From: a virus
Taxonomy: Duplodnaviria; Caudoviricetes
IMG/VR virus record: IMGVR_UViG_3300029969_000013
Coordinates: 13,111-77,110 of that record
DNA: 64,000 nucleotides
Direction: 5' to 3' (one strand)
Under the pieces are notes generated by a model. The model searched no databases. It was not told the DNA's origin and was given only the letters and a program-made list of their open reading frames with translations. Each line of letters opens with the position of its first letter. Position 1 is the first letter of the stretch. This document shows positions 1 through 10,698 of the stretch, one piece after another. The position numbers and the translations under genes are program-made.

Positions 1-1
1 C

Positions 2-460
2 AAGTTATTATCTTCTATAGGATATGATGCTGTATATCAAATACGATCTAGTGTTGAACCTTTTGTAACTAAATGTTGCAATGCTATATGGGATTCATTA
101 CCTGAAGTAGGACCTATGGAGTACTATATAGATAAAGAGTTTGACACCCGGAGTAGATTATATACTAAGGGCATTGGTCTGAAAGGTATCATCGCATACA
201 TGCCTACGCATGAAGAAGATACAAAAGGAGATCCAATCATACCTGAAGATTGCATATCTGGTAGATTATATTCAGTGATTATTCGTCCACAAGATAAATC
301 ATTATCTACTGGAATTCCTGTCGATTGTGAGGTAGATGGATATATCATTACTTTTGAAAATTCGTATGCTGTCGGAATGTGTGATAATGATGACATTAAT
401 CTGAAAGATGCTGTAAATAAGTTTATACTTAGATACAATGCTCATTTCAGACGTAAATAA
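2..460 (+). CDS. Hypothetical protein, 5'-partial
   Basis: Frame of ORF 116..460 is open back to the window edge (KLLSSIGYDAVYQ...PMEYYIDK). Confidence 0.6.
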   Translation, partial: KLLSSIGYDAVYQIRSSVEPFVTKCCNAIWDSLPEVGPMEYYIDKEFDTRSRLYTKGIGLKGIIAYMPTHEEDTKGDPIIPEDCISGRLYSVIIRPQDKSLSTGIPVDCEVDGYIITFENSYAVGMCDNDDINLKDAVNKFILRYNAHFRRK

Positions 461-480
461 ACATTAAACAATATACATCT

Positions 481-526
481 AAAGGCCTCAATTGTTATCT
501 CTAAGAGTTATACATTTGAGGCTTTT
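481..526 (+). terminator. Probable intrinsic terminator
   Basis: AAAGGCCTCAA / TTGAGGCTTTT inverted repeat ending in a T-run after the ORF stop. Confidence 0.55.
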
Positions 527-556
527 GTTATACATTGGAGAATAAGGAGTGATATT

Positions 557-904
557 ATGAAACGAAAAATCTTAGCAGCTAGGGGATTCAAACGAGCAGC
601 TGAAAAATATGCTGATAGTTTAAATGATAGTATTTTTGAAAATAGTAATATGTATTATGCAACTGTTGATACTAAAAGAAAACTTGTAGTAATATGTGAT
701 AAGCATACTGATAATGTTGTGACTGAAATTCGACTTAAGACTGTCCCTATTGACGTTACAAATTCTGAATATCGTCTTGCAACACCTAAAGAAATTTCAA
801 AAGGTATTGGTTTATATGTACGAGATAAGCACAGCTCTAGTACAGAGAAATATATTCCAGAAGCCGAAGAAACAACTTCAATTGCAAATAGATACAGAAG
901 ATAA
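557..904 (+). CDS. Hypothetical protein with basic N-terminus (candidate head protein)
   Basis: AAGGAG RBS; starts MKRKILAARG. Confidence 0.75.
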   Translation: MKRKILAARGFKRAAEKYADSLNDSIFENSNMYYATVDTKRKLVVICDKHTDNVVTEIRLKTVPIDVTNSEYRLATPKEISKGIGLYVRDKHSSSTEKYIPEAEETTSIANRYRR

Positions 905-907
905 CAG

Positions 908-918
908 AACCTTATATA
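908..918 (+). promoter_or_regulatory. AACCTT-class promoter-like motif (representative copy; probably late)
   Basis: AACCTTATATA; related copies at 5633, 20669, 24623, 25023, 35002, 39500, 49667, 55349, mostly upstream of virion genes. Confidence 0.55.
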
Positions 919-965
919 TAAATGTAATTGAACTCACCTAAAACTTTTAAGGAGTGTGTAAATTT

Positions 966-1781
966 ATGATTTCAGAAAAAATCGAACTGTTAGGTAAAGG
1001 CTTGTACTCTGATATACCAGATGTACTTACACTTACAAATATTCCTACTGCATCTGAACTTGACTGCGTTGGCGGAGAAGATTTTGACAAAGTAATGTTA
1101 GATACAATCTTGCCAGAAGCTGTTGAAGAAAAAATCAATTTTTATGACTTGTTAGAGATTGATTATCAGTGGGTATGTAGATGTTTACGTCTGCTTAACT
1201 TTGGACCGTATTATACTACAAATGCAATATTCTGTAGCAAATGCGGAAAAACTTCATACGGAGAGTATCAAGTTAATTTGAATACTATTGCATGTAATCC
1301 AATTCCAGATGGATTTGTAAATGATATCATAATTACAAAGGATGAATTTTTAGATTTCAATGGTGATATCACACTTAAGCTTCCAACAATTCGTACTATT
1401 AATACTGCCTACAAGGATAAAGCATTCCAGCTTGCAAACGGCAGCACAAATAGAGAGCTTGCAAGAATTTGCTATATGATCAAATCCATCAAAGGTAAGT
1501 CTAATCTTACTCCTATTGATATAAAGCTGATGATTCAGCAGCAGTTATCAGCAGCGGATTATATTATCCTCAAGAATAAAGTAACTGAAATGACTGATTT
1601 TGGTCTGCGAGCTGGTGGTGTAGCACAGTGTCCTTCATGTGGACATGATCACGCTGCATTCATTGCACTTCCAGATGATCGTTTCTTTCGTCCGACCATG
1701 GGAAATCTCAAACAGTGGCAGCTCGATAAACGTTCAGGGAAAAATGAAGACGTTTCAAGAAATACGTCAACAAATGTATGA
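966..1781 (+). CDS. Baseplate hub / tail assembly chaperone (T4 gp26-like position) with CxxC motifs
   Basis: AAGGAG RBS before ATG 966; CSKC and CPSC motifs; ends DDRFFRP; directly upstream of tape measure gene. Confidence 0.6.
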   Translation: MISEKIELLGKGLYSDIPDVLTLTNIPTASELDCVGGEDFDKVMLDTILPEAVEEKINFYDLLEIDYQWVCRCLRLLNFGPYYTTNAIFCSKCGKTSYGEYQVNLNTIACNPIPDGFVNDIIITKDEFLDFNGDITLKLPTIRTINTAYKDKAFQLANGSTNRELARICYMIKSIKGKSNLTPIDIKLMIQQQLSAADYIILKNKVTEMTDFGLRAGGVAQCPSCGHDHAAFIALPDDRFFRPTMGNLKQWQLDKRSGKNEDVSRNTSTNV

Positions 1782-1950
1782 GAACATAATCGATGAAACT
1801 TTATTCATTGCACGAGCTTCTGAGGGTGCAGTTTCTGCTGAATGGATAATGGAACAGCCAATATTCATACGAAAGAAATATGTTGATTCATTTACTAAAG
1901 AGTTAAAAGAACGTGAACGTGCATTGAAAAATAATGGTAAGAAGCGTTAA
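1744..1950 (+). CDS. Small tail assembly chaperone partner (gp51/GT-like)
   Basis: Overlaps the end of the previous ORF; MEQPIFIRKKYVD resembles the short chaperone that follows gp26-like genes; start uncertain (1744 or 1777). Confidence 0.5.
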   Translation: MKTFQEIRQQMYENIIDETLFIARASEGAVSAEWIMEQPIFIRKKYVDSFTKELKERERALKNNGKKR

Positions 1951-1956
1951 GCATCA

Positions 1957-1992
1957 ATGAGGGATGGGATTGAATAGTCCCATCCTCATTTT
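1957..1992 (+). terminator. Intrinsic terminator
   Basis: ATGAGG(G)ATGGGA / TCCCATCCTCAT stem followed by TTTT. Confidence 0.7.
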
Positions 1993-2026
1993 AATATGTT
2001 GTGTGTAAAATGGAGGTGTATGCAAT

Positions 2027-5000
2027 ATGCCAGATAACAACAATGGAAACAATCCTTCAAATGCAGGCTCTGGTAGCAACCCTGATATATTATCTTCTTT
2101 ACAAGGATATATCAATAATACTAATACTAGTAGAAATAATGCTATAGCATTGTTGAAGTCTATTGACCAAACTACTAAACAAATATTGCAGTCTGGTGGT
2201 GGAATGTCTGCATCTAATGCACAGAACATGATGCCAGGCGCACGTGGTAGCAATACTTATTTTCAAAGTCGTACAAACTACAGTAGTCGTGGATTAGGTG
2301 GAGGGGGTTCTTTCAGACAGTTTACAGATAATCTGCAAAAAACTATGATGGAAGAACTCATCGGAAATGAATTCAAAAACAGCTTACGTGATATACGAGA
2401 TAAGTTAGCTCGAGATTTAGGTGTAAATGTAGAACAAGTTCCTGCTGAGCTTGGAAAAATGCTTGGTGGTAAATTAGCAGGTGCTATCAAAAATTTAAAG
2501 CCTGTAGATGAAGCAATTGGATCATTTAAGGATATTGTATCCGGTAAATTCAATGACATTAAGAATGCTTATGTACGAGGTCGTAATAATAATTATGCAA
2601 GCACACATGATGGTGCTGCATATAATCCACAACGGTCAAGTGCAGCTACTATACGTGATGCTATTAGAACACCTTCAGGAACATCTATGTTCGGAGGAGG
2701 ATCTACACCTGGTAGTAATAATAGAGCTGCTTATAATATACAAGCTCAAACCGTTATTATACGTGCGAACAGTATAATACAAGAGTCTGAAAGACCTGAA
2801 GGGTTACAAGGTAATTTATCGGATGATGCACTCTCTAGCATATTAGATTTGCTAGGAGGTGGTAGCAGTGTTGATGACATGGTAAATGGTATTTCATCAA
2901 TACTGAAAGGTAGTGCATCTTCAGCCGGTGCTGCTGGTGCTGGAGCCGCAGGTGCTGGAGCTGCAGGTGCTGGAGCTGCAGGTGCTGGAGCTGGAGCTGC
3001 CGGAGCTGCCGGTGCTGGAGCAGGAGCTGTCGGTGCGGGTATTACTGAAGCATTAGGTGCATTATCTGCAGTTGCTCCTGAAATATTACTTATCATAGGT
3101 GCAGTAGTTGCTGCTACTATGGTCTTTGACGCATTAGTAGATGCAGTCAAGCCAATGATAGAAGGTTCTAAGAAGCTGTTTAAATCGTTGTCAGATGCTG
3201 CAAATCGTTATGAAAAGAGTAGAGAAGAAGGCTTAAAAGCAGCAGAGGCTCGAATGAAAGCTGATTTTGAGACAGTAATTCGTGAGCCATTCAAGATACT
3301 AGAAGACGCAGCTCAAAATTTATATGATGCATGGGATCAAAATGTAAGAATTATTAATGGTACACAAGGTTATAATAAAGATCAGCTATATGACTTGATA
3401 GGAGGTTTTGCTGATCGTTTAAGAGCAGAGGGTCTTGAACGTGTTGTTAGTACTGATACAGTTACTACTAATCTTGCAAAAGTATTAGAATCTGGATTAA
3501 GTGGTTCAGTTGCAGAAGAATTTGCATATTTAGCTACAAAACTGAATGCCGCTATTCCTACTGAAGACTTTTTCAACTATGCTAGTACATACAGTTCTAT
3601 TGCTGCTAATGCAATTCAACAAGGTAAGTCTCAATCCGAAGCTATTTCATATGCTAATAGTCAACTGGAGTCATTTGCAAGTAACTTGTTATATGCAAGC
3701 CGAGAAATATCAGGTGGCTTTACAACTGGTCTTAAAGATGCAAATACATTGTTCCAACAGTCTGTTCAGATTGCACAAGCAAGTAAGACTAATAATGCTA
3801 CTCAGATTTCAGGTGTAATGACTGCAGTATCTGCAATAGTCGGTGCAGTTGCTCCAGATCTTGCAACGTCTATGACAGATGCTATCTATAAAGCTGCAAC
3901 AGGTGGTAACAGTTCTGAAATTGTAGCGTTACGTTCGCTTGCAGGTATCAATGCATCTAATACTGAATTCTTGAAAAAGCTTTCTGAAGACCCACAAGGC
4001 GTGTTTACTAATTTATTTGATAACTTGGGCAATATGCAGAAAATGTCCCAAGATTCATATATGGAAGTTGCAGAAGGTTTATCTAGTGTATTTGGTGTAT
4101 CTATGGATGCATTTGCTCGTGTGGATTTCAATTATCTAGCACAAGCAATATCTTCTATGAATACTTCTAATGGTTTATTAGAAGAGAATTTAGAATTACT
4201 TGCATCAGGTGAAACTACTACTAATGCTGAGCAACTTAGAATGCAGCAAATAAATGAGTACATGTGGAATGAAGGTCTTGCATATGTAATGGATAACGCT
4301 GCTGCTAGAGAGATTCAAAAGCATATGTGGGACGAGCAAATTGCTCGTGAGCTTATGGAGTCCGAATATAGTGTAAACATTAAAGGTGCTGCACTTGAAT
4401 TTTTAGAAGGTATCAGAAAAACCATTGATAACATTCTTGGTTTTTTGAATCCTTTCAAAATGTTCAGCAAACTTTCTAATTTAGTAGGTAGTATAGAAGA
4501 AGCTGGAGCACAAGATGTAGATGTTAAGCAACTACTTGAATTAGGTAAACTGGGCGGTGGCAATGCTACAGCATTATATCAGCTTACTACTAGAAACGCA
4601 GATCTAAATCTAACTGAGAATTTAGTAAATATGATGGGTGGTGTATCTGCATACAACATTGCATCTACTAAACGAAAAGTTACTAGCGATTTATTGTATA
4701 CTGGTTGGAACAACTTATTTGATGCTACATATGGTGGACAAGGTATGAATGCATTATATGCATTAGTGTCTACTGGAGCTGGTAAAGCTGGTCAAGGTAT
4801 TTCATCATTGTTCAATGGTAAGTCTGCATACAGCTGGGGAACTATAGGTAAGAGTACAGCAAGTGCATTATCATCAACTGCTAGTTTATCTGCATCTTCT
4901 ACATCAACAGGGTTAGCTGCAATTTCATCTGAACAAAAGGAAGCATCAGCAACTGCACAAGCTCAAAAAGTAGCAACACAGAATTTAACCAATATGTTGA

Positions 5001-5629
5001 ATTCTATGCAAACTTATGTAGATGAGGCAACTGCTAAAGGTGAGACTGCTGATTATGATGAATGGGTAAAATCGGCATCATCTGCAAATAGCATAGATGA
5101 TTTTGCTGCTGCTTTGCAAGAAGCAGGTATGACAGAAGAAGCTGTTAAATCTCAATTTGATTCAGCTACTACTCAAGCAGCACAAACAGCTGAAAAAGAG
5201 CGTAAGCTTAGAGAAGAAAAATTCTGGACAGATACCGTAGATTTATTGACAGTTAACAATACAATGCTTCAATCTATATTTGATAAACAAACAGAGTTCT
5301 TCCAAGCGATCGTAGATTACTTCATAGATCACTTAGTATATTCATCTTCTTATAGTCATACAGATGTATCTACAGTGCAAAAGAAGGAGAAAAACAAATC
5401 AGAAACTGCTATATATGAATTAGCACGAGCACTTACTCAAAATACAACCGATCTATTAGATCCAACAGTACAGACAAATGCAATACTTGCACAGATATTA
5501 AAATTAGTCAATGTGTTGGTACAACAAGGTACATTGAATACAGAATCTGGAGCTATGTCTAACATACTTGCAAATATGGCAACAGGTAACTGGGAGTTAA
5601 AGGTACCTACATCGTCATCATCTGAATAA
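2027..5629 (+). CDS. Tape measure protein
   Basis: 1200 aa, Ala/Gly/Ser-rich and helical, hydrophobic segment near aa 345-370, located between chaperones and baseplate genes. Confidence 0.8.
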   Translation: MPDNNNGNNPSNAGSGSNPDILSSLQGYINNTNTSRNNAIALLKSIDQTTKQILQSGGGMSASNAQNMMPGARGSNTYFQSRTNYSSRGLGGGGSFRQFTDNLQKTMMEELIGNEFKNSLRDIRDKLARDLGVNVEQVPAELGKMLGGKLAGAIKNLKPVDEAIGSFKDIVSGKFNDIKNAYVRGRNNNYASTHDGAAYNPQRSSAATIRDAIRTPSGTSMFGGGSTPGSNNRAAYNIQAQTVIIRANSIIQESERPEGLQGNLSDDALSSILDLLGGGSSVDDMVNGISSILKGSASSAGAAGAGAAGAGAAGAGAAGAGAGAAGAAGAGAGAVGAGITEALGALSAVAPEILLIIGAVVAATMVFDALVDAVKPMIEGSKKLFKSLSDAANRYEKSREEGLKAAEARMKADFETVIREPFKILEDAAQNLYDAWDQNVRIINGTQGYNKDQLYDLIGGFADRLRAEGLERVVSTDTVTTNLAKVLESGLSGSVAEEFAYLATKLNAAIPTEDFFNYASTYSSIAANAIQQGKSQSEAISYANSQLESFASNLLYASREISGGFTTGLKDANTLFQQSVQIAQASKTNNATQISGVMTAVSAIVGAVAPDLATSMTDAIYKAATGGNSSEIVALRSLAGINASNTEFLKKLSEDPQGVFTNLFDNLGNMQKMSQDSYMEVAEGLSSVFGVSMDAFARVDFNYLAQAISSMNTSNGLLEENLELLASGETTTNAEQLRMQQINEYMWNEGLAYVMDNAAAREIQKHMWDEQIARELMESEYSVNIKGAALEFLEGIRKTIDNILGFLNPFKMFSKLSNLVGSIEEAGAQDVDVKQLLELGKLGGGNATALYQLTTRNADLNLTENLVNMMGGVSAYNIASTKRKVTSDLLYTGWNNLFDATYGGQGMNALYALVSTGAGKAGQGISSLFNGKSAYSWGTIGKSTASALSSTASLSASSTSTGLAAISSEQKEASATAQAQKVATQNLTNMLNSMQTYVDEATAKGETADYDEWVKSASSANSIDDFAAALQEAGMTEEAVKSQFDSATTQAAQTAEKERKLREEKFWTDTVDLLTVNNTMLQSIFDKQTEFFQAIVDYFIDHLVYSSSYSHTDVSTVQKKEKNKSETAIYELARALTQNTTDLLDPTVQTNAILAQILKLVNVLVQQGTLNTESGAMSNILANMATGNWELKVPTSSSSE
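2924..3040 (+). repeat. Gly-Ala low-complexity tandem repeat in tape measure gene
   Basis: Imperfect GCAGGTGCTGGAGCT units encoding (AGAGA)n. Confidence 0.85.
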
Positions 5630-5682
5630 TATAACCTTCTATATTTATACACATCTAAATATAGAGAATTGGAGGTAAATAT

Positions 5683-8505
5683 ATGAATTTTGTCAAGTTT
5701 CCAGTAAACGCTACAAATATATTTCCTATTGCTAATACTAAGAAGGGTGGACAGTTAGTAACTGAATTCAATCTTAGAACTATAGATAGCGTAAGTACTG
5801 ATGAATCTATTCAATATATGACTGGGCCTTCTTATGTACATGCTTCAACTGATTTTGAAGTTAAAAGCCAAGGTTCAAATGATGCATTCTTTGCAGATCA
5901 AGATATATCTGGATCAAGTTCAGTATTAACTATCATGCCAGGTAGAGGTGTTATCAATGGTCACTTTGTAGAGTTACTTTCACCTATTGAAATTGATATG
6001 ACAGAGGCATATGCATTAGCTACTAAAGCAGGTGAAACTTTAAATGGTGCATTAGCTATTGGACTTAAAGCAATGTACAGTAGTGAAACTACTATGGCAG
6101 GTGCATTGTTACCTGAGTCTGTATCAGAGATTAATGTAGAAAATCCTGAAGATAGCATAAGCTCGTTGTATGAGGGTATTCAAATTGTAATTTTACCTGT
6201 AGAAGAATTTATATTACCTATAGATTCACCTACAGATGCATCATTAGTAACTGCTCATATAAAGCTGGCTCAATTTACTTATATAAATGGTGCAATCAAA
6301 GGGTTAACTAACAACTATCCTGATAAGTGTATAATGTTACCAGCAAGTAGAGTAGGTACTATGGGTGGAAATGGCAATAGTAGTGGTGCGTCTAGTGAAT
6401 TTATCAGCAAAAAAGGTCTAGATCCTAAGAAGCTATATACATACGCAGGATACAGTACTAAGAAAACACCTGAGGGTGAAACTGTAGTAGCTGATACTTG
6501 GTGCGATTCTATGGATGCACTGATGGTGTGGGATGCAGATCCACAACTGATACCTGCTAGTTCTGAAGATGCAATTCAACCTTATAGTGAAGCTACATTT
6601 GCAGTGCATGGAAATGAAGTTCGTCTGTATCTTCCTCACAAACAGCCTGATATTAATGGTAAAGAATTCATAACTGACCAAACAGGTGCACCTCAACGTT
6701 ATAAAGCTAAATCATATCCATTACCTGTTGCAAGCTTTGTAAATGGTACACCTGGAACAGTTGATGCTGCTTATACAAATAATGTCAAGAAGATTAAAAA
6801 CATGATAAACAACATATATCAACTTATGTTGGCTAAAGGCACTCAACGAGGTTATATTGATATATTATCTTTCAACGATGACGGTGGTAAAGATCTACCT
6901 GATATCAATACAAACTGGGCAGTAGGGGATTACATACTTGTAGGTACAGATAATACAGTAAATGAAACCACCGAAACTGTTACTACATGGATAAGAAATC
7001 CATCTACTTTATATGTAGTGTTACCTGGTGTTGTTAATACTATTTCTAGTCCAGCAAAACCAGCAAGGCCTGATGGAATGGAACTTGCATCTGTTACATT
7101 GTCTGGTGAGCAGATGGAAGAATTAGGTATAAACAGTGGTGGTATGTTAGTTCTAGATACTGATAAATTCAATAAAATAATTGATTTGAAGGCTACTGAA
7201 TATAGAGGTATACCAAATCATGATTATTTTACCATAACTTACGATACTGGAGCATTAACACAGAATACAATTTATTATACTGTAGCAAGCATTTTACCAG
7301 GTTCTAGAATATATACTGACCCTCCTATAATGCTTACTGGTCAAATTCCGCTTGCAAGTACAGAACAAATTGGTGGATTTATAGATGTAGAAGAGACTGC
7401 ACTTGACCAGGGTTTTGTTCATCTAGATAGCAACGGTAATCTTGTTTTACTTGATTATGCATTACTAAGATCAGGTGTACTTGCTTATCAGTTAGGAGAA
7501 GATTTTACAACACCTGCAGGTTCAAGTTATGAAGAAATACAATCCTTGCTCAATGAGTATGTAAACGAACGTGTTGCATTTCCAAATGCATCTCATCTAG
7601 AAACATCTGAACATCCACATGTTATCTATATCAATTTGAATTTAAGTGCAGCTGAATCACCTACAGTTTTAAATATTGGTGACATTGATTCTAGATTTGG
7701 AACTTCTATATGTTTAAACATATTCGGAGAGATTGATTCAAATACTATAATAAATATCAGTAACTGCGAGAAGATACGAATCGGAAATATACCAATCTCT
7801 ACAAATGGTGGTCCACAGATTAATCTATATAGATGTAATTTGTATTATGATGCGGGTGTACTCAACTGGGTAAGAAATATTGACAATTTGCAACTATGGT
7901 ATGAGAAGTATGCTGTAAATGGTGAAGATCTTTCGACTTTACCAGATCTAATGGTAGATGGGCTTACTGTTACAGAAGTAGGATATCCACCAGCTGGACA
8001 AGATATAGGATACTGGACAGAGGATACTCCTAATGATAATCATTTTAGATATGCACTGAAAAGTGTAACACTCGACACGCATGGTATGGTAACAGGTTGT
8101 GCTGTATTAGTTAAAAATGAAAGTACTGCAAACGTAGAAACTGGTAAGTTAATCATTTCTGGTAAATGTGATTTCCCTTCTGGTAATGGCCTAGATATGC
8201 CACTTGCTAGAATTGATAAGCCTGTTAAGATTACAGGAGAATTCATAGTAGCTTATTCAACTACGTACGACAATACATCAAAACGCATGTTAGTACAAGA
8301 TACTAAATTCACAATGATTACTCCTTACTATGATGGTCTTGATATTACAAATAATAAGGCTGGAACATTAGTACCTGGAAAGATACACTTCTTATGCGAT
8401 GTATTCTATGTATCTCGAACAGAGGGATTAGATCCACCTCCGCAGTCATTAGATGGATGGGACACATCAACATATCATATGTTTGAAGGCTACACGCTTT
8501 CATAA
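5683..8505 (+). CDS. Large virion structural protein (baseplate/tail)
   Basis: 940 aa, beta-rich, GGAGG RBS, follows the tape measure gene and an AACCTT motif. Confidence 0.55.
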   Translation: MNFVKFPVNATNIFPIANTKKGGQLVTEFNLRTIDSVSTDESIQYMTGPSYVHASTDFEVKSQGSNDAFFADQDISGSSSVLTIMPGRGVINGHFVELLSPIEIDMTEAYALATKAGETLNGALAIGLKAMYSSETTMAGALLPESVSEINVENPEDSISSLYEGIQIVILPVEEFILPIDSPTDASLVTAHIKLAQFTYINGAIKGLTNNYPDKCIMLPASRVGTMGGNGNSSGASSEFISKKGLDPKKLYTYAGYSTKKTPEGETVVADTWCDSMDALMVWDADPQLIPASSEDAIQPYSEATFAVHGNEVRLYLPHKQPDINGKEFITDQTGAPQRYKAKSYPLPVASFVNGTPGTVDAAYTNNVKKIKNMINNIYQLMLAKGTQRGYIDILSFNDDGGKDLPDINTNWAVGDYILVGTDNTVNETTETVTTWIRNPSTLYVVLPGVVNTISSPAKPARPDGMELASVTLSGEQMEELGINSGGMLVLDTDKFNKIIDLKATEYRGIPNHDYFTITYDTGALTQNTIYYTVASILPGSRIYTDPPIMLTGQIPLASTEQIGGFIDVEETALDQGFVHLDSNGNLVLLDYALLRSGVLAYQLGEDFTTPAGSSYEEIQSLLNEYVNERVAFPNASHLETSEHPHVIYINLNLSAAESPTVLNIGDIDSRFGTSICLNIFGEIDSNTIINISNCEKIRIGNIPISTNGGPQINLYRCNLYYDAGVLNWVRNIDNLQLWYEKYAVNGEDLSTLPDLMVDGLTVTEVGYPPAGQDIGYWTEDTPNDNHFRYALKSVTLDTHGMVTGCAVLVKNESTANVETGKLIISGKCDFPSGNGLDMPLARIDKPVKITGEFIVAYSTTYDNTSKRMLVQDTKFTMITPYYDGLDITNNKAGTLVPGKIHFLCDVFYVSRTEGLDPPPQSLDGWDTSTYHMFEGYTLS

Positions 8506-8522
8506 TTGGGGGTGCTTATATC

Positions 8523-9158
8523 GTGTTTATACATGATCTTATCAAGATACATTTAGTTAGGGAGGGTTACCTTCCTAACTATCCATATCATCTAATATCT
8601 GATGTTGAAATGTGCGATGCATTTTTCAACAAAGATGATGAATCTAAAAGCTACTTCCATGTAACATATCCAAGAAGTGTTGCTGAAAATGTAGGACCTG
8701 CTTATACATTAAGAGACTGCAAAGGTGAACCTATATTAGATGAAAACGGAAATGAAATAATTGAAACTCCATATGAGGGTCTTGAACGTGTAATCGGATA
8801 TTATATGAACAAACTGAAAACTACACATGACGACACATGTGTACTTCCAGATTGGGTGTATTCTTATATGTTAGGTGAAGTCATAAGTGTGCATAGTGAA
8901 ATAATAGATATACACGATCTGATAAAACCTTTAGGTGTAGATAACATAGATGATATATTTACTCCTGTAGCTGCAAAAGCTTGCTACGATACTAGTAGAA
9001 AGTGGATAAAACAACATTTGATAGATGTATGGGGGCATAATGAGTCTGGATTAGATTCTACAGAATGTCCAGGGTGTCAAAATGTAAGACCTCCTACAAT
9101 GTTTGGTGAGCCGCATGTAATAAAAAGCATTCGACTTGATAGTGTATCTCCTATATAA
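8523..9158 (+). CDS. Hypothetical protein (tail module)
   Basis: 211-aa ORF in structural operon, GTG start. Confidence 0.65.
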   Translation: MFIHDLIKIHLVREGYLPNYPYHLISDVEMCDAFFNKDDESKSYFHVTYPRSVAENVGPAYTLRDCKGEPILDENGNEIIETPYEGLERVIGYYMNKLKTTHDDTCVLPDWVYSYMLGEVISVHSEIIDIHDLIKPLGVDNIDDIFTPVAAKACYDTSRKWIKQHLIDVWGHNESGLDSTECPGCQNVRPPTMFGEPHVIKSIRLDSVSPI

Positions 9159-9172
9159 GGTGGTGATAATAA

Positions 9173-10168
9173 ATGCAATTCTTAAAGATAACACCTTCAA
9201 CTACATTGTCTGATTTATCTTCACAGGTAGGTGTACGCAATGTAGATGCTATATTGTCATTAAACATGATAGATCGTGTTCCTAATATTGGTCAAGCTTA
9301 TCAAAATAACTACGAGAAGGCTCAATCGCGTGATGCAGTACAAGCTCAGACTAAAATAACACGCTTGAATACAATGACATCTGATTCAGATGTATTTGAA
9401 ACAGCCGCATTATTAAATGAGCTAGATTGGAGATATCTAGAAACATATGGTAGTTTGCCTAATGCATTACACATACCAGAGACTATTACATTACCAAGTT
9501 CTGTATCTATTGTAGGAAACGGTGAACCTGTATCTAGAACAATATATGATAACGTTATAGCCCAGCTGAATAAGTCATATACTATAGACCCGTCAGTATT
9601 CAGTGAATATAGTACTAGAAAAGGATCAACAATTTCAGATACCTCATCGTCTGAGGGCGTTATGCAATGGTTCAAACTTCCATGGGGTTTAATTACATTA
9701 CATTCGTCTCTAAGTGGAAATTCTGTAGACTTCCCGGTGTATCCTGAGGATTTTGATGATAGTATTTCAGCTAACTATGAACAAATGCCTGAAACACTGT
9801 ATCAGTATGAACCTTGGCAAGTGTATAAGAGCTCTGGACCCCGAACTAACACATATACATTCAAGATGCATCGTGATATGTGGACAGGGGATCATAGAGA
9901 TGGTAAATGTGCAGAACTTGTTAGATTTTGTCAAGCAAACTGTTATCCATTGTTTAAAGGAGCTGCTGTTCAAACTTCAATAGTTACATTATACATTGCA
10001 GGCAAACCTCTCATTTCAGGTATAATGACCAATGTCAAAACTAAATTTGAAGGTCCTATTGGTCTTGATGATTTTCCGTTAGTATGTACATTAGACATAA
10101 CTATCACAGAAGTATCACAAGAAGCACTCAACTATACTAAAGTATCTGAGAAAGGGTTGATTGGATAA
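9173..10168 (+). CDS. Baseplate tube-initiator-like protein (gp48/CIS tube-type C-terminus)
   Basis: N-terminal LysM-like segment; C-terminal FPVYPE...SSGPR.NTYTF...LYIAG...GIMTNV pattern typical of tail-tube initiators. Confidence 0.5.
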   Translation: MQFLKITPSTTLSDLSSQVGVRNVDAILSLNMIDRVPNIGQAYQNNYEKAQSRDAVQAQTKITRLNTMTSDSDVFETAALLNELDWRYLETYGSLPNALHIPETITLPSSVSIVGNGEPVSRTIYDNVIAQLNKSYTIDPSVFSEYSTRKGSTISDTSSSEGVMQWFKLPWGLITLHSSLSGNSVDFPVYPEDFDDSISANYEQMPETLYQYEPWQVYKSSGPRTNTYTFKMHRDMWTGDHRDGKCAELVRFCQANCYPLFKGAAVQTSIVTLYIAGKPLISGIMTNVKTKFEGPIGLDDFPLVCTLDITITEVSQEALNYTKVSEKGLIG

Positions 10169-10674
10169 TGCGAACAAGTTCAGATTTAATATATGATGAG
10201 GGCAAAGCATTAGAACAATATTTAGAGAAGAAAGATATACCATTCTATAAGCCTATATATTATGACACGCTTGTACCTTATCAGGTGTTAGAACACAAAG
10301 GTATACAATATAATGTATGTTATGATTATAATCATATAAGTCGATACAAAGGATTAAGACAGCTTACTCATAGTCCTGCTGAATCTGATAGATTCATAAC
10401 ATTGGAAACTCCTAATCCTATATTGAGTAATGCTAATTTCATATATTATGATGTACCATTGACAGAAGAAAACAGATTAGATCTGATAGCTAATAGATTT
10501 TATGGTTCAGCTCAGTATAGCTGGATAATTGCATATTTCAATGGCATTGAAGATGGATTTACAGTAAGTGAAGGTCAGAGATTACGTATTCTTGAAAACT
10601 TTACAGATCTATTCAGCAATGGTGAATTGCTTGCTCCAATTCCAGCATTGCAGTTGAATTTAGGTTCAGAATGA
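10168..10674 (+). CDS. Baseplate wedge protein, gp53/LysM-like
   Basis: RLDLIANRFYGSAQYSWIIAYFNGI motif. Confidence 0.65.
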   Translation: MRTSSDLIYDEGKALEQYLEKKDIPFYKPIYYDTLVPYQVLEHKGIQYNVCYDYNHISRYKGLRQLTHSPAESDRFITLETPNPILSNANFIYYDVPLTEENRLDLIANRFYGSAQYSWIIAYFNGIEDGFTVSEGQRLRILENFTDLFSNGELLAPIPALQLNLGSE

Positions 10675-10698
10675 TAATTTATGAAATGAGGTGGTACA

